Positions 55,593-64,000 of a stretch of 64,000 nucleotides of DNA are shown here, piece by piece. A program made the position numbers and the translations under genes. Origin of the DNA: Nitrososphaerota archaeon (GTDB lineage: Archaea > Thermoproteota > Nitrososphaeria > Nitrososphaerales > Nitrosopumilaceae). The stretch covers positions 1,124,727-1,188,726 of the forward strand of contig JAGWFT010000001.1 of NCBI GenBank assembly GCA_028867755.1, written 5' to 3'. Within the stretch, counting starts at the first letter, position 1. Every line of letters begins with the position of its first letter. The notes below the pieces were generated by a model. It saw only the letters and a list, made by a program, of their open reading frames with translations. It did not search any database and was not told the DNA's origin.

Positions 55593-55860
55593 AGTGAGTT
55601 AGCTCTTCAAGTATGATTTTGAACATTGTTTCCTTGTCAAGTAAAACGCATGGAATGTCGTTCTCCTTGCATGCCTTGCCAACCTCAGTATCTTCAGTTA
55701 CCATTATCATGCCATTTTCTTCAGCATATCTTATCACCGAATAGTCACTAGTAAGCTTCTTTCCTTCTGTAATCAGTTTTTTTACGCTAAATGCATTATA
55801 CCCAAATTCCTTGAGCTTTATGTCCATTCCGTCATACATCTCATCAACTAGCACTTTCAT
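55570..55860 (-). CDS. PIN-like (DUF5615/Mut7-C-type) domain protein
   Basis: KVLVDEM...SDYSVIRYAEENGMIMVTED. Confidence 0.75.
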   Translation of the reverse strand: MKVLVDEMYDGMDIKLKEFGYNAFSVKKLITEGKKLTSDYSVIRYAEENGMIMVTEDTEVGKACKENDIPCVLLDKETMFKIILEELTHFKNHRLV

Positions 55861-56134
55861 ATTGTAACCTCAAAAGAGCGTGTTATTTTTACCATATGAA
55901 TATAAAATAGCCTTTGATGATTTAGTTAATATAAAAATGAAAATGGCGTAATCTTACTATTGCATATACGACGTTATTACCTAGATAATAATTATTTGGA
56001 ATTTAATTAGAATAATACTCTTCCAATATTTCTATCATATTAGAAATTTTTTCAGTACTGATTTTTGATATAATTTGTAGATCTATATTGAAAAGGCGTA
56101 TATACTTGCCATTCTGCTCCCTAGGTAGATCATC

Positions 56135-56929
56135 ATGAACACGCAAGTCTTTAATGGTTCAAGTGAAACCCTTGGTGAAGTTCAATTAGAATGCAAAGAT
56201 CTAGCCTATTCATATTCAAGCTCTCACGTTATTTTCAAGGATATCAACATCAAGACATATACTGATGAGCTAGTAGCAATAGTGGGCCCTTCAGGTACGG
56301 GAAAATCAACTTTAATTAGAGTACTTGCAAACCTGATTCCGCCTACTGCAGGCCATGTGTTTCTAAATGGTATTGAAGTAAAAGCCCCGTCTTCTCAGAT
56401 CTCACTTGTTCACCAATCTATCGCTACTTTTCCGTGGATGACAGCTCTTGATAACGTCAAGATAGTTTTACGAAACAAGGTCAAAGATGATGAAGCCACC
56501 GAGATAGCAAAAAAAATGATTACCTTGGTGGGATTACAGGGACATGAAGACAATTACCCCAAAGAAATGAGCGGTGGAATGAGACAAAGAATAGCTATTG
56601 CAAGGGCACTAGCAGCTTCTCCAACTATAATGTTGATGGACGAGCCCTTTGTGCATCTTGATGAACTTACAGCAAACTCACTTAGAAGTGAGATCTATTC
56701 GATTGTCTTCAACCCTGAAAACGATCTAAAATCAGTAATTCTTGTATCACATAATTTACATGAAGTGGTCCAATTGGCTGATAGAGTTTACGTGATGGGC
56801 GGTACACCTGCACAAATTATAAATGAAATCAAAATTGATTTGCCCCGACCAAGATCGGAGGAAGAACCCATATTTTATGAATATGTCAAAATGTTGTACA
56901 ATGATCTAATACCAAAAGAATCACGGTGA
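56135..56929 (+). CDS. ABC transporter ATP-binding protein, NitT/TauT (nitrate/sulfonate/bicarbonate) family
   Basis: [37 protein letters not shown]. Confidence 0.9.
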   Translation: MNTQVFNGSSETLGEVQLECKDLAYSYSSSHVIFKDINIKTYTDELVAIVGPSGTGKSTLIRVLANLIPPTAGHVFLNGIEVKAPSSQISLVHQSIATFPWMTALDNVKIVLRNKVKDDEATEIAKKMITLVGLQGHEDNYPKEMSGGMRQRIAIARALAASPTIMLMDEPFVHLDELTANSLRSEIYSIVFNPENDLKSVILVSHNLHEVVQLADRVYVMGGTPAQIINEIKIDLPRPRSEEEPIFYEYVKMLYNDLIPKESR

Positions 56930-56936
56930 TTGATGA

Positions 56937-58565
56937 TTGGAATTAGACACTATAGCTCTTGCTACCCTCGCAAGTTTGGGCAGAGTTATGGCTTTGATTC
57001 TAGTTTCCATAGTTAGCGGCTGGTTTCTTTCCTATGTCGCAATAAAGAGTCGAAAATTCGAAAACATCTACATTTCATTTGTAAACATATTTGAGTCAAT
57101 TCCAGTGATAGGTTTTCTCCCAATCGTTTTGGTAGTCTTCATTTCAGGACTTGGAGGAACGCTGGGAGTAGAGGTTGCCGCAGACTTTCTTGTCTTTGAT
57201 GCAATAGTCTGGAACATCTGGATTGGACAATATCAAGCATTCAAGACAATTCCACAACCTCTCATAGAAGTTTCTGAAAACTATGGTTTTGGATGGTGGG
57301 GTAAGATGAAAAGCCTTTACATACCGTTTTCATATCCAAGGGTTTCATCTGATATATTTCCAAGTTTTGCTGATGCATTGTTCTACATCATGATAAGCGA
57401 GGTATTTTCAGTTGGAATAACTGCATACAAGGTCTTTGGTATTGGCACCTTGATAGTTCAAGCTACGTCCGCAGGAGATCTAAATAGTGTGTATGAGTGC
57501 TTGGGTGTTCTGGCAATAGGAGTTGTTTTGATTACTCTGGCATTTAGCAATTTCAGCAAGTATGCGGTTGCAAAATATGGCCTCAATACATCAACAGAGA
57601 TTAAACGACACGTACGTTACTGGAGACCTCACATCATAAGATGGCGTCCTACCGCCAGTCCAACATTTCAGTTTGCACGATACACCACTAAAATGAGAGC
57701 CGGAAGAGAAAACATACAATCAGCAATGACCAAAGTGCGGGCAAGCCACTCATTTGAAAGAACAGGAAAATACATCGGTACGGCAATAGCGTGGCTCTTT
57801 CTCATCTTCATCGGATATTCGTCAATTCAAGTTATGTTATCTGTCCCTCACTCACAGTGGATTAACTACTTTGCACAGACACCAAATCTTTTGTATCAGA
57901 TGGGAATTGACTACATAAGGGTACTTGTTGTTACAGTAGTCTCGTTTGTCTTTGCAATATCACTTGGATACTACCTTACAGTTCATAAGAGAATAAGCAT
58001 AGCGTCGCTGCCAATAATACAAACAATCTCAGCTTTTCCAGCACCTGCTTATTTTCCACTAGTCTTTGCTGCAACAGCATCATTTTTAGCACATACTATA
58101 CCATTTGCAGAAACTGAGATCTTTGTCATGATCTTGTGTTTTCTTGGTACGTTTTACTATGTATTTTTTGGATTCTGGGTTGGAGTAAGAGCTATACCAG
58201 TAGAGTTTCTAGAATTGACACAAAATTACAAGATAGGCTTTTTCACCAAGATGAGGAGGATAATTATTCCAGCAACTTTTCCGTATCTAGTTACTGGCCT
58301 TTCAAGTACGATTAACAGTGCATGGGGTGGATTGGCAGTAGCCGAGTACTGGCCTAACATCTTCGGGAACCAAACTCTACAGGTACATACAGGCATGATG
58401 AAAATAATCTCTGCAGGTCTTGTCAATGGGAATATAGGACTTGCAGCTTGGGCCTCATTACTATTTGCCATCGTAGTTGGCGTTTACAGCATAGTATTTA
58501 CAAGAAATCTAATGGATCTTGCGCGCAAAAAGTACGTAATAGAAGAGGGGATCTACGCCGCATAA
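56937..58565 (+). CDS. ABC transporter permease with two fused NitT/TauT-type domains
   Basis: Two EAA-like loops (IPQPLIEVSENYG, IPVEFLELTQNYK), about 12 TM helices. Confidence 0.88.
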   Translation: MELDTIALATLASLGRVMALILVSIVSGWFLSYVAIKSRKFENIYISFVNIFESIPVIGFLPIVLVVFISGLGGTLGVEVAADFLVFDAIVWNIWIGQYQAFKTIPQPLIEVSENYGFGWWGKMKSLYIPFSYPRVSSDIFPSFADALFYIMISEVFSVGITAYKVFGIGTLIVQATSAGDLNSVYECLGVLAIGVVLITLAFSNFSKYAVAKYGLNTSTEIKRHVRYWRPHIIRWRPTASPTFQFARYTTKMRAGRENIQSAMTKVRASHSFERTGKYIGTAIAWLFLIFIGYSSIQVMLSVPHSQWINYFAQTPNLLYQMGIDYIRVLVVTVVSFVFAISLGYYLTVHKRISIASLPIIQTISAFPAPAYFPLVFAATASFLAHTIPFAETEIFVMILCFLGTFYYVFFGFWVGVRAIPVEFLELTQNYKIGFFTKMRRIIIPATFPYLVTGLSSTINSAWGGLAVAEYWPNIFGNQTLQVHTGMMKIISAGLVNGNIGLAAWASLLFAIVVGVYSIVFTRNLMDLARKKYVIEEGIYAA

Positions 58566-58708
58566 ACCAAAAGCAGATGAGTAATCCACGATTAATAAGA
58601 TTCAATGTTTTAAACTAATCTCTTATTTTGTTTCCATTTATTTTATGAAATTCGATCAACTTCAATAAAACTGACTCTAATTAGGCATAAATTCAAAATA
58701 TCTCTATT

Positions 58709-60481
58709 TTGTATAGAAAATCAAAGGTTCATAAATCGAATTCACTAACTCTCGGAGAATTGCAGACCGTGAAAGAATTTGGAACCCTAGAGTATGTTTT
58801 AGACACATATTCAAAAAACTGGACTTGGAAACTAACTGGCTCAAGAGCTGTTAGCATGGTTGCTCGAGTTATACCCCAGGCGTGGTATGGAGATGGTCCT
58901 GATGAAGCAATAGTACCTGATACAGAACACAATGTTCAGAAAATTAAATGGATAATGGAGACCTATCCTCTTGAGATAAGATCTAGAAACATTTGGCAGA
59001 GAAAGACAAGGCACATGAAAGTACCAAAAAGAAAATGGACGAGAATAGAAAAATTACGAAAAGCAAATCCAGATGAACAATTTAGGGGGACTCTGCTTAA
59101 TTTCCAAAGAGAGGGATTAGACTTTTTGCTAAAATCTTCCGGTAATGCACTATTAGCTGACGAGATGGGATTGGGCAAAACTGTGCAAACCTTAGCATAT
59201 CTTGCAACAGAAAGACAAACATTTCCAGCTCTTATTGTTGCCCCTCTTGTGACTTTGAGCAACTGGCAAAGAGAGATTCAAAAGTTTCTCAAAAGAAGAA
59301 GCAGAAACGGAAGAATAATTGATTTAGAGTATCCGACATCAGTTTTAATTCGTACTGGAAAATCACAGGAGATAGGCAAGCATGACATTTACATCATAAA
59401 CTATGATCTACTGTACAAGAGACTAGATGATCTTTCCAAGTTGAACATAAAGACTCTTGTGTGCGACGAGGTCCAACATCTCCGTTCAAAATCAACCAAG
59501 AAATATTCTGCCGTAAAAAAACTTGCTACAATGGAATCTGTAAAATATAGAATTGGATTGTCTGGTACTCCAATCTATAACAGAGGTTCAGAGATTTGGC
59601 CCATAGTAGACATACTTAGACCTGGTCTACTTGGAAGCTTTGAGGAGTTTTGCGAATATTTTTGCTATGTTAACGAAAAAGGCAAGGCGATAGTTCTTGA
59701 AAACAAGCGCGCTAGCCTAGGAGAAGAATTAAGAAAGCATGTAATGTTAAGGCGCAAAAAATCAGATGTACTAAAAGAGTTGAAAGAAAAGGTACGATAC
59801 AAGGAATTCATAGAATCTGATATCAACTATTATCATGCCGAGCTTGATAAGATATGGAAGAGATTAGAGGAAGAGCAAAAGGCCGCAACTTCAGCATTTG
59901 ATAAGTTTTCATCATACAAAAGGGCAATCCAGAGTGAGAGACAGGCAGCAGGAGCTGCTAAAGTTCCCCATGTTATCGAGTTTGTCAAAAACATTATGGA
60001 GATAGAAGAGAGTGTTGTAGTATTTTGTCATCACAAGGCAATTCATGGATTGTTGCACAAGAGCCTTCATGAGTATTCACCATCTTCAATCATAGGAGGA
60101 CAAACAGACAAGGACAGACAAAATAACATAGACAGGTTCCAAAATGGAGAGACAAAGCTAATGATAGCAGGACTCAGAGCAGGTAATGTTGGAATCAACC
60201 TTAGCAGAGCAAGATATGTCATATTTGCAGAACTTGATTGGAGCCCGGCAATTCACAGACAGGCCGAAGATAGACTACATAGAATAGGCCAGAAAAACAC
60301 GGTATTTGCATATTACCTGATAGGCAATGGGACGCTAGATGATCACGTGGCAAATGTACTAGTTGACAAGAGTTATGAGATTGATGCCATCATGGATGAG
60401 AAAGAAGAGCCTTTTGAGAACAAAGACAAGGCAGAGCTTATCTTGGCTCAAATTCATGACAAGCTTTCAGCCAAACGCTAG
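58709..60481 (+). CDS. SNF2-family (SF2) helicase/translocase
   Basis: LADEMGLGKT, DEVQ, LSGTP, GINLSRA, DWSP...QAEDRLHRIGQ. Confidence 0.93.
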   Translation: MYRKSKVHKSNSLTLGELQTVKEFGTLEYVLDTYSKNWTWKLTGSRAVSMVARVIPQAWYGDGPDEAIVPDTEHNVQKIKWIMETYPLEIRSRNIWQRKTRHMKVPKRKWTRIEKLRKANPDEQFRGTLLNFQREGLDFLLKSSGNALLADEMGLGKTVQTLAYLATERQTFPALIVAPLVTLSNWQREIQKFLKRRSRNGRIIDLEYPTSVLIRTGKSQEIGKHDIYIINYDLLYKRLDDLSKLNIKTLVCDEVQHLRSKSTKKYSAVKKLATMESVKYRIGLSGTPIYNRGSEIWPIVDILRPGLLGSFEEFCEYFCYVNEKGKAIVLENKRASLGEELRKHVMLRRKKSDVLKELKEKVRYKEFIESDINYYHAELDKIWKRLEEEQKAATSAFDKFSSYKRAIQSERQAAGAAKVPHVIEFVKNIMEIEESVVVFCHHKAIHGLLHKSLHEYSPSSIIGGQTDKDRQNNIDRFQNGETKLMIAGLRAGNVGINLSRARYVIFAELDWSPAIHRQAEDRLHRIGQKNTVFAYYLIGNGTLDDHVANVLVDKSYEIDAIMDEKEEPFENKDKAELILAQIHDKLSAKR

Positions 60482-60486
60482 ATTCT

Positions 60487-60660
60487 TTATTCTTCGCGTA
60501 TCTCGTATTTGTCAAAAAAGTCTTGTCCTTCTCCCAGTCCTTGTTTGAGAAATGACTCTAGTTTTTTTATTACATCTGCACGATTCATTCTTCCTTCTGT
60601 AGATACATAATATTCTGCATGTGACTCGCGAAATTTCTTGTAGTTTATCCCTTTTGTCAT
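60487..60660 (-). CDS. small hypothetical protein (57 aa), absent from ORF track
   Basis: Manual translation MTKGINYKKFRESHAEYYVSTEGRMNRADVIKKLESFLKQGLGEGQDFFDKYEIREE. Confidence 0.65.
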   Translation of the reverse strand: MTKGINYKKFRESHAEYYVSTEGRMNRADVIKKLESFLKQGLGEGQDFFDKYEIREE

Positions 60661-60698
60661 CACATATCATACTACGGAATAATATATAATAAGAGATC

Positions 60699-61436
60699 TT
60701 ATCGTCGCAGTTTTTTTGCTTTTTCAATACACTTGGTGCCTTCGCTTTTTCTTTCTAGTTTGAGTAAAAGATTTCCCTTGTTATACCAAGCATTGGCAAA
60801 ATCTGGATCAAACTTTGTTGCCTTGTCAAACGATTCCAGTGCTTCATCGTATCTTTTTAGATTGTAAAGACAGACACCATTTAGGTTCCATATTGCTGCA
60901 TGTCTTGGGTTAATTACCAGTGCTTTGTCAAAGGACTCCAATGCTTCATCATACCTTTTCATGTCAGAAAGGCAAATACCCTTGAGGTTCCACGCACTCA
61001 TAGAGTTAGGTTCGATCTCAAGCACTTTATCATAGCATACCAATGCTTCCTCGTGTCTTTTCAGATTGGAGAGGCAGTCTCCTTTCCTAAGCCATGCATT
61101 TGTGTATCTGGGTAATTGCATAGTCACTTTGTCATAGTATGCAACAGCCTCATCATACTTGCGGCTGGCAAAAAGCGCTTCAGCTTGATCATACAATGAT
61201 ACAGCATCCTCAGGATACAAATCAGCAAATTTTTTGCTTGATTTTGCCTCTACTTTGTGTTGATTTCGTAATGTGTGGTATGCATCTGCAATTAGTTTGA
61301 ATTGAACATCATCTTTTTTTGAAGAATTCTTATCAGGATGGTATTGAAGTACAAGTTTTCGATATGCTGCCTGTATCTCTTTCATAGACGAGTCTGACTT
61401 TATACCCAGAATCTCATAACATTTTGAGATATTCAA
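60699..61436 (-). CDS. DnaJ-domain plus TPR-repeat protein
   Basis: J domain with YHPDKN, followed by about five TPRs (AWxxKG). Confidence 0.9.
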   Translation of the reverse strand: MNISKCYEILGIKSDSSMKEIQAAYRKLVLQYHPDKNSSKKDDVQFKLIADAYHTLRNQHKVEAKSSKKFADLYPEDAVSLYDQAEALFASRKYDEAVAYYDKVTMQLPRYTNAWLRKGDCLSNLKRHEEALVCYDKVLEIEPNSMSAWNLKGICLSDMKRYDEALESFDKALVINPRHAAIWNLNGVCLYNLKRYDEALESFDKATKFDPDFANAWYNKGNLLLKLERKSEGTKCIEKAKKLRR

Positions 61437-61683
61437 TGCGTATCACCTTTCAGAGCATTCAGCTCTAAATCTAGTTTGCAAAAACTTCCATTAAATTGGG
61501 CTTCCACGACATAACATTACTAATTTTAGCATGTATAAATGTAAAAACTTCTACTTTATGTAACATTTAACAATAATCCAAACTATATGGATGAAATTTT
61601 ACTTGTGTTGAATTTTCTTTAATTCAAAGTATCAAAAAAATTATTCCTAAGAAATAAATTTAAAAATATTTTAGCGAAGTGAA

Positions 61684-61848
61684 ATGGTAAATCAAACAAT
61701 AAGTGAACTTGTCAAAATGGCTGATAGGATAGTAATTGACCAAGTAAAGGGAAAGAAAGTGACTTTGAAGATAAGCTGGTTTGATCTCAAAGGAGCAAGA
61801 AAATCAAAAAAGTTTTTGCTAGAAGAAAAGGAAAAGATCGAGTTTTAG
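61684..61848 (+). CDS. small hypothetical protein (54 aa), absent from ORF track
   Basis: Manual translation MVNQTISELVKMADRIVIDQVKGKKVTLKISWFDLKGARKSKKFLLEEKEKIEF. Confidence 0.7.
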   Translation: MVNQTISELVKMADRIVIDQVKGKKVTLKISWFDLKGARKSKKFLLEEKEKIEF

Positions 61849-61974
61849 ATCTTACCTAATCACCTTTTTTGTTTTATTTGCGATCTGATTTTTATTAAAA
61901 AATTCCTCTTGTTTCATAGAATAAAAATTTTGTTCATAAATCAGTCCTAGTACTAATATAAACAAAAAAGATAT

Positions 61975-62120
61975 TTCCAAGCACGGCGAACTTTCTTGTT
62001 TGTGAAGACAAGAACTCAGACTCACCACCATGGTCTGAACGATCTACCCCCCACAGACAAGGAACGCCTACATTTGATGAGCCAGGCATTGTACGAACAG
62101 ACGCCATGAGACAGAAGGGC
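61975..62120 (-). ncRNA. candidate structured non-coding RNA of unknown family
   Basis: GC-richer island in AT-rich flanks; TATA-like TTATAAAA at 62145-62138 and oligo-T at about 61970-61960 on the minus strand; several stems with G-U pairs. Confidence 0.45.
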
Positions 62121-62341
62121 AAGTCTTGTTACATATTTTTTATAACATCTAGCGAAATGCCCAAAACTTGTGATGACGTAATATCATTTGATGAGCTTTG
62201 TGCTCTATAACAGAAAAAAAGGCATGTATAGAAAGTTGTTTGTACTGTATTCTAGTGATTATGAAATAGATGACGATGAAGACTAATACAATAATAAAAC
62301 CATCAATAAACGTCATAAATAAGATATGTTTCATTTTATCC

Positions 62342-62578
62342 ATGAATAAACACGAAACCAACAAAAAACTTCTTGATAAATTTACTCTAAGCCAGTTACA
62401 TGATTTTTGCAAGACACATAAAAGAGAGATGAGCGCAATTGACTATAATGACAGAGTAATTCTTGGCGAATCAGATCCTGAAATAATAAAGAAACGATTC
62501 ATCCCATACATGGTTGGCTTTTTTGATCAATCTGAAATCGTAGAATACGCTAGAAAATTCCAAATAAAGATAGACTAG
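62342..62578 (+). CDS. hypothetical protein
   Basis: 78 aa from ATG 62342 (frame open from 62270). Confidence 0.6.
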   Translation: MNKHETNKKLLDKFTLSQLHDFCKTHKREMSAIDYNDRVILGESDPEIIKKRFIPYMVGFFDQSEIVEYARKFQIKID

Positions 62579-62596
62579 TTCTGAGAAATTAAATCC

Positions 62597-63253
62597 CTAC
62601 TGCCCTAACGAAGACTGGTTATTTCCTGTAGAATTTGTTGCATTAATAGACTTGGTAGAATTGTCTCCCATTCCAATATTACCTGAATATAACAGTCCTG
62701 CTACAGACATTCGTGCTTGAACCAGCATCAGTTGTTGCTTGACATCTCCATAATTTTGTGTCAACTGACAATCCCACTTGCCTTTTCCAAATACAAGATT
62801 TGAAAATTCTTCAAGGTTGTAATTTTTCTCATAAGAATATGGTATTAACCCCAACACCTTGGTTTTTATCAAAAGCGTTGAATTAAAATCAGTGCCAGTT
62901 TCATTTGATATGGTCCAATCGACAAATGTCTTCATGGCATCAAAGTCTACAAAACTTAATGTTCCCTGTAACTTTTCTTGGGAATAAGGTTGGATGGTTT
63001 TTCCTGTCATCTCAAGTGAACCATAATCATTTGAGATACCATGCATGTCAGATTCTATGCTCTCAACAGTTACAGGCACAAAAGACGGGTTACACACAGC
63101 CAAATTAACATCTATTTCAGATGCACTAACTTGACCTAGTCCGCCTCCAGCAAACTCGAGGCCTCTTGCTGACTGGGACACTTCAATGTATAGTCCTGTT
63201 ATTACCACTGCCATTATCACACCAAATATTGCCAGAGATCTTTTCAAAACCAC
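62597..63253 (-). CDS. membrane-anchored hypothetical protein (LEA_2-like beta domain)
   Basis: N-terminal TM; VCNPSFVPVTVESI pattern resembles LEA_2 domains. Confidence 0.7.
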   Translation of the reverse strand: MVLKRSLAIFGVIMAVVITGLYIEVSQSARGLEFAGGGLGQVSASEIDVNLAVCNPSFVPVTVESIESDMHGISNDYGSLEMTGKTIQPYSQEKLQGTLSFVDFDAMKTFVDWTISNETGTDFNSTLLIKTKVLGLIPYSYEKNYNLEEFSNLVFGKGKWDCQLTQNYGDVKQQLMLVQARMSVAGLLYSGNIGMGDNSTKSINATNSTGNNQSSLGQ

Positions 63254-63503
63254 ACTAGATTATCCAAATGTCAATAAATTTCTTGATGGAGTCTGAGAGA
63301 AAAAACACTAAAAAAACAAATTGCAACTCTAAATGCCGCAATCAAAAAACTAGAAACAAAATAGAAATTCTTCAGATTCACGTATTTACCTCAAGTGAGA
63401 TAAAAGACCAAAGCAATGACGGAAACCTTGAATTGTCAGTCTATTCCCGGTTGTTCATGGATACGTTGTTTGTGTCGATGATCTGTATGAGGAATACCAT
63501 ACC

Positions 63504-63758
63504 ATGAAACGTGGATACGGTATCCTGATAACTGGCGCAGGAATGCTAGTTATTGGTCGTTTTCTTTCACAATGGATAGTAAACAGCATACCCACCATCA
63601 ATCCCTCACACTCATCCATGATGGCAGACGCCCAATATCACATGTTGTCATGGAGTAACCAACTAGATACAATCAGCCAGTGGGGGATAATTGTTCTTGT
63701 CATAGGCGGATTTGTGACTGTACTTGATAGAATAAAAAAACCAAAGACATCTCTCTAA
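63504..63758 (+). CDS. small two-TM hypothetical protein
   Basis: Two hydrophobic segments and a basic C-terminus. Confidence 0.65.
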   Translation: MKRGYGILITGAGMLVIGRFLSQWIVNSIPTINPSHSSMMADAQYHMLSWSNQLDTISQWGIIVLVIGGFVTVLDRIKKPKTSL

Positions 63759-63792
63759 ATCCTTAAATCAAATTACGGATATGTTACATAAC

Positions 63793-64000
63793 ATGTCTGC
63801 AAAAACAATCGGAATTATACTGGCCGGTTTTGTCGGCGGTGTGATCGCAATAGGAATTGCAATGTCAGCTGGATCCGGATGGGAGCAGCCAGGTACGTAT
63901 ACAGGAGTAAGCAATGCAGCACACACTGTAAACGACTCTGCACATTGTTATGCATTTCAGACTGGATGTAGTGTTTCAAACTATGGTACAACCACATCTG
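63793..64000 (+). CDS. secreted/membrane-anchored hypothetical protein, partial (runs off the window)
   Basis: Manual translation MSAKTIGIILAGFVGGVIAIGIAMSAGSGWEQPGTYTGVSNAAHTVNDSAHCYAFQTGCSVSNYGTTTS...; no stop before the end; alternative ATG 63781. Confidence 0.65.
   Translation, partial: MSAKTIGIILAGFVGGVIAIGIAMSAGSGWEQPGTYTGVSNAAHTVNDSAHCYAFQTGCSVSNYGTTTS

Noticed and set aside
58709-60481. SNF2 helicase as part of a defence island (DISARM/Zorya-like) or as an intein carrier
   Set aside because: No methylase, nuclease or other partner genes adjacent; length and motif spacing leave no room for an intein
60512-60727. Listed 71-aa minus ORF
   Set aside because: Overlaps DnaJ-TPR and has odd Cys/Arg-rich composition; the alternative frame 60487..60660 is more protein-like
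61934-62122. 62-aa minus ORF as a protein gene; or the same locus as RNase P RNA or a hammerhead ribozyme
   Set aside because: The translation has no recognisable features. The RNase P GAGGAAAGUCC motif is absent (only a partial ACAGAA match). TTGATGAG is not followed by a valid stem II plus GAAA core.
2845-63794. Recurring TGTAAC/GTTACA-like motif (near 2847, 12835, 26235, 61558, 62127, 63782)
   Set aside because: Short AT-rich hexamer at inconsistent distances from starts; cannot be separated from chance without a genome-wide count
1-64000. CRISPR arrays, tRNA and rRNA genes
   Set aside because: No regularly spaced direct repeats, no cloverleaf/TTCRA T-loop context and no rRNA-like segments seen by eye; tRNAscan-SE and Infernal would be needed to exclude them fully

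Overview
Archaeal chromosomal window, AT-rich and densely coding. Gene content (thaumarchaeosortase, NitrOD-type output domain, blue-copper proteins, many small Nitrosopumilales-type hypotheticals) points to an ammonia-oxidising Nitrososphaerota/Thaumarchaeota genome; a Nitrosotalea-like lineage is my inference. It is mostly core genome: pit/DUF47, dppD/dppF, smc, ino1, alba, dinB, nre, pth2, ef1b, cdc48, cyoE, hppA, apbC, rpo7-spt4, nadC/nadA/nadX, proline dehydrogenase/P5C dehydrogenase, nurA-herA-mre11-rad50, tatC-tatA, purP, SNF2 and DnaJ-TPR. There is a transposase remnant at the left edge and an accessory-looking stretch at the right edge. I saw no rRNA, tRNA or CRISPR array. Several real-looking ORFs under 60 aa are missing from the ORF track (Zn-ribbon, TatA, two C2H2 microproteins, two small hypotheticals). 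The strongest leads are: (1) an anticodon-less CysRS paralogue with a remodelled Zn site, in line with a GNAT acetyltransferase and ino1, resembling the MshC/MshD/Ino1 logic of mycothiol synthesis; (2) a half-size HEAT protein with two His-Glu motifs that aligns with one half of eukaryotic deoxyhypusine hydroxylase; (3) a ~145-nt structured candidate ncRNA at about 61975-62120; (4) a secreted protein with ~45-aa repeats lying between dppD and dppF. All functional calls come from motif recognition by eye, with no database searches.
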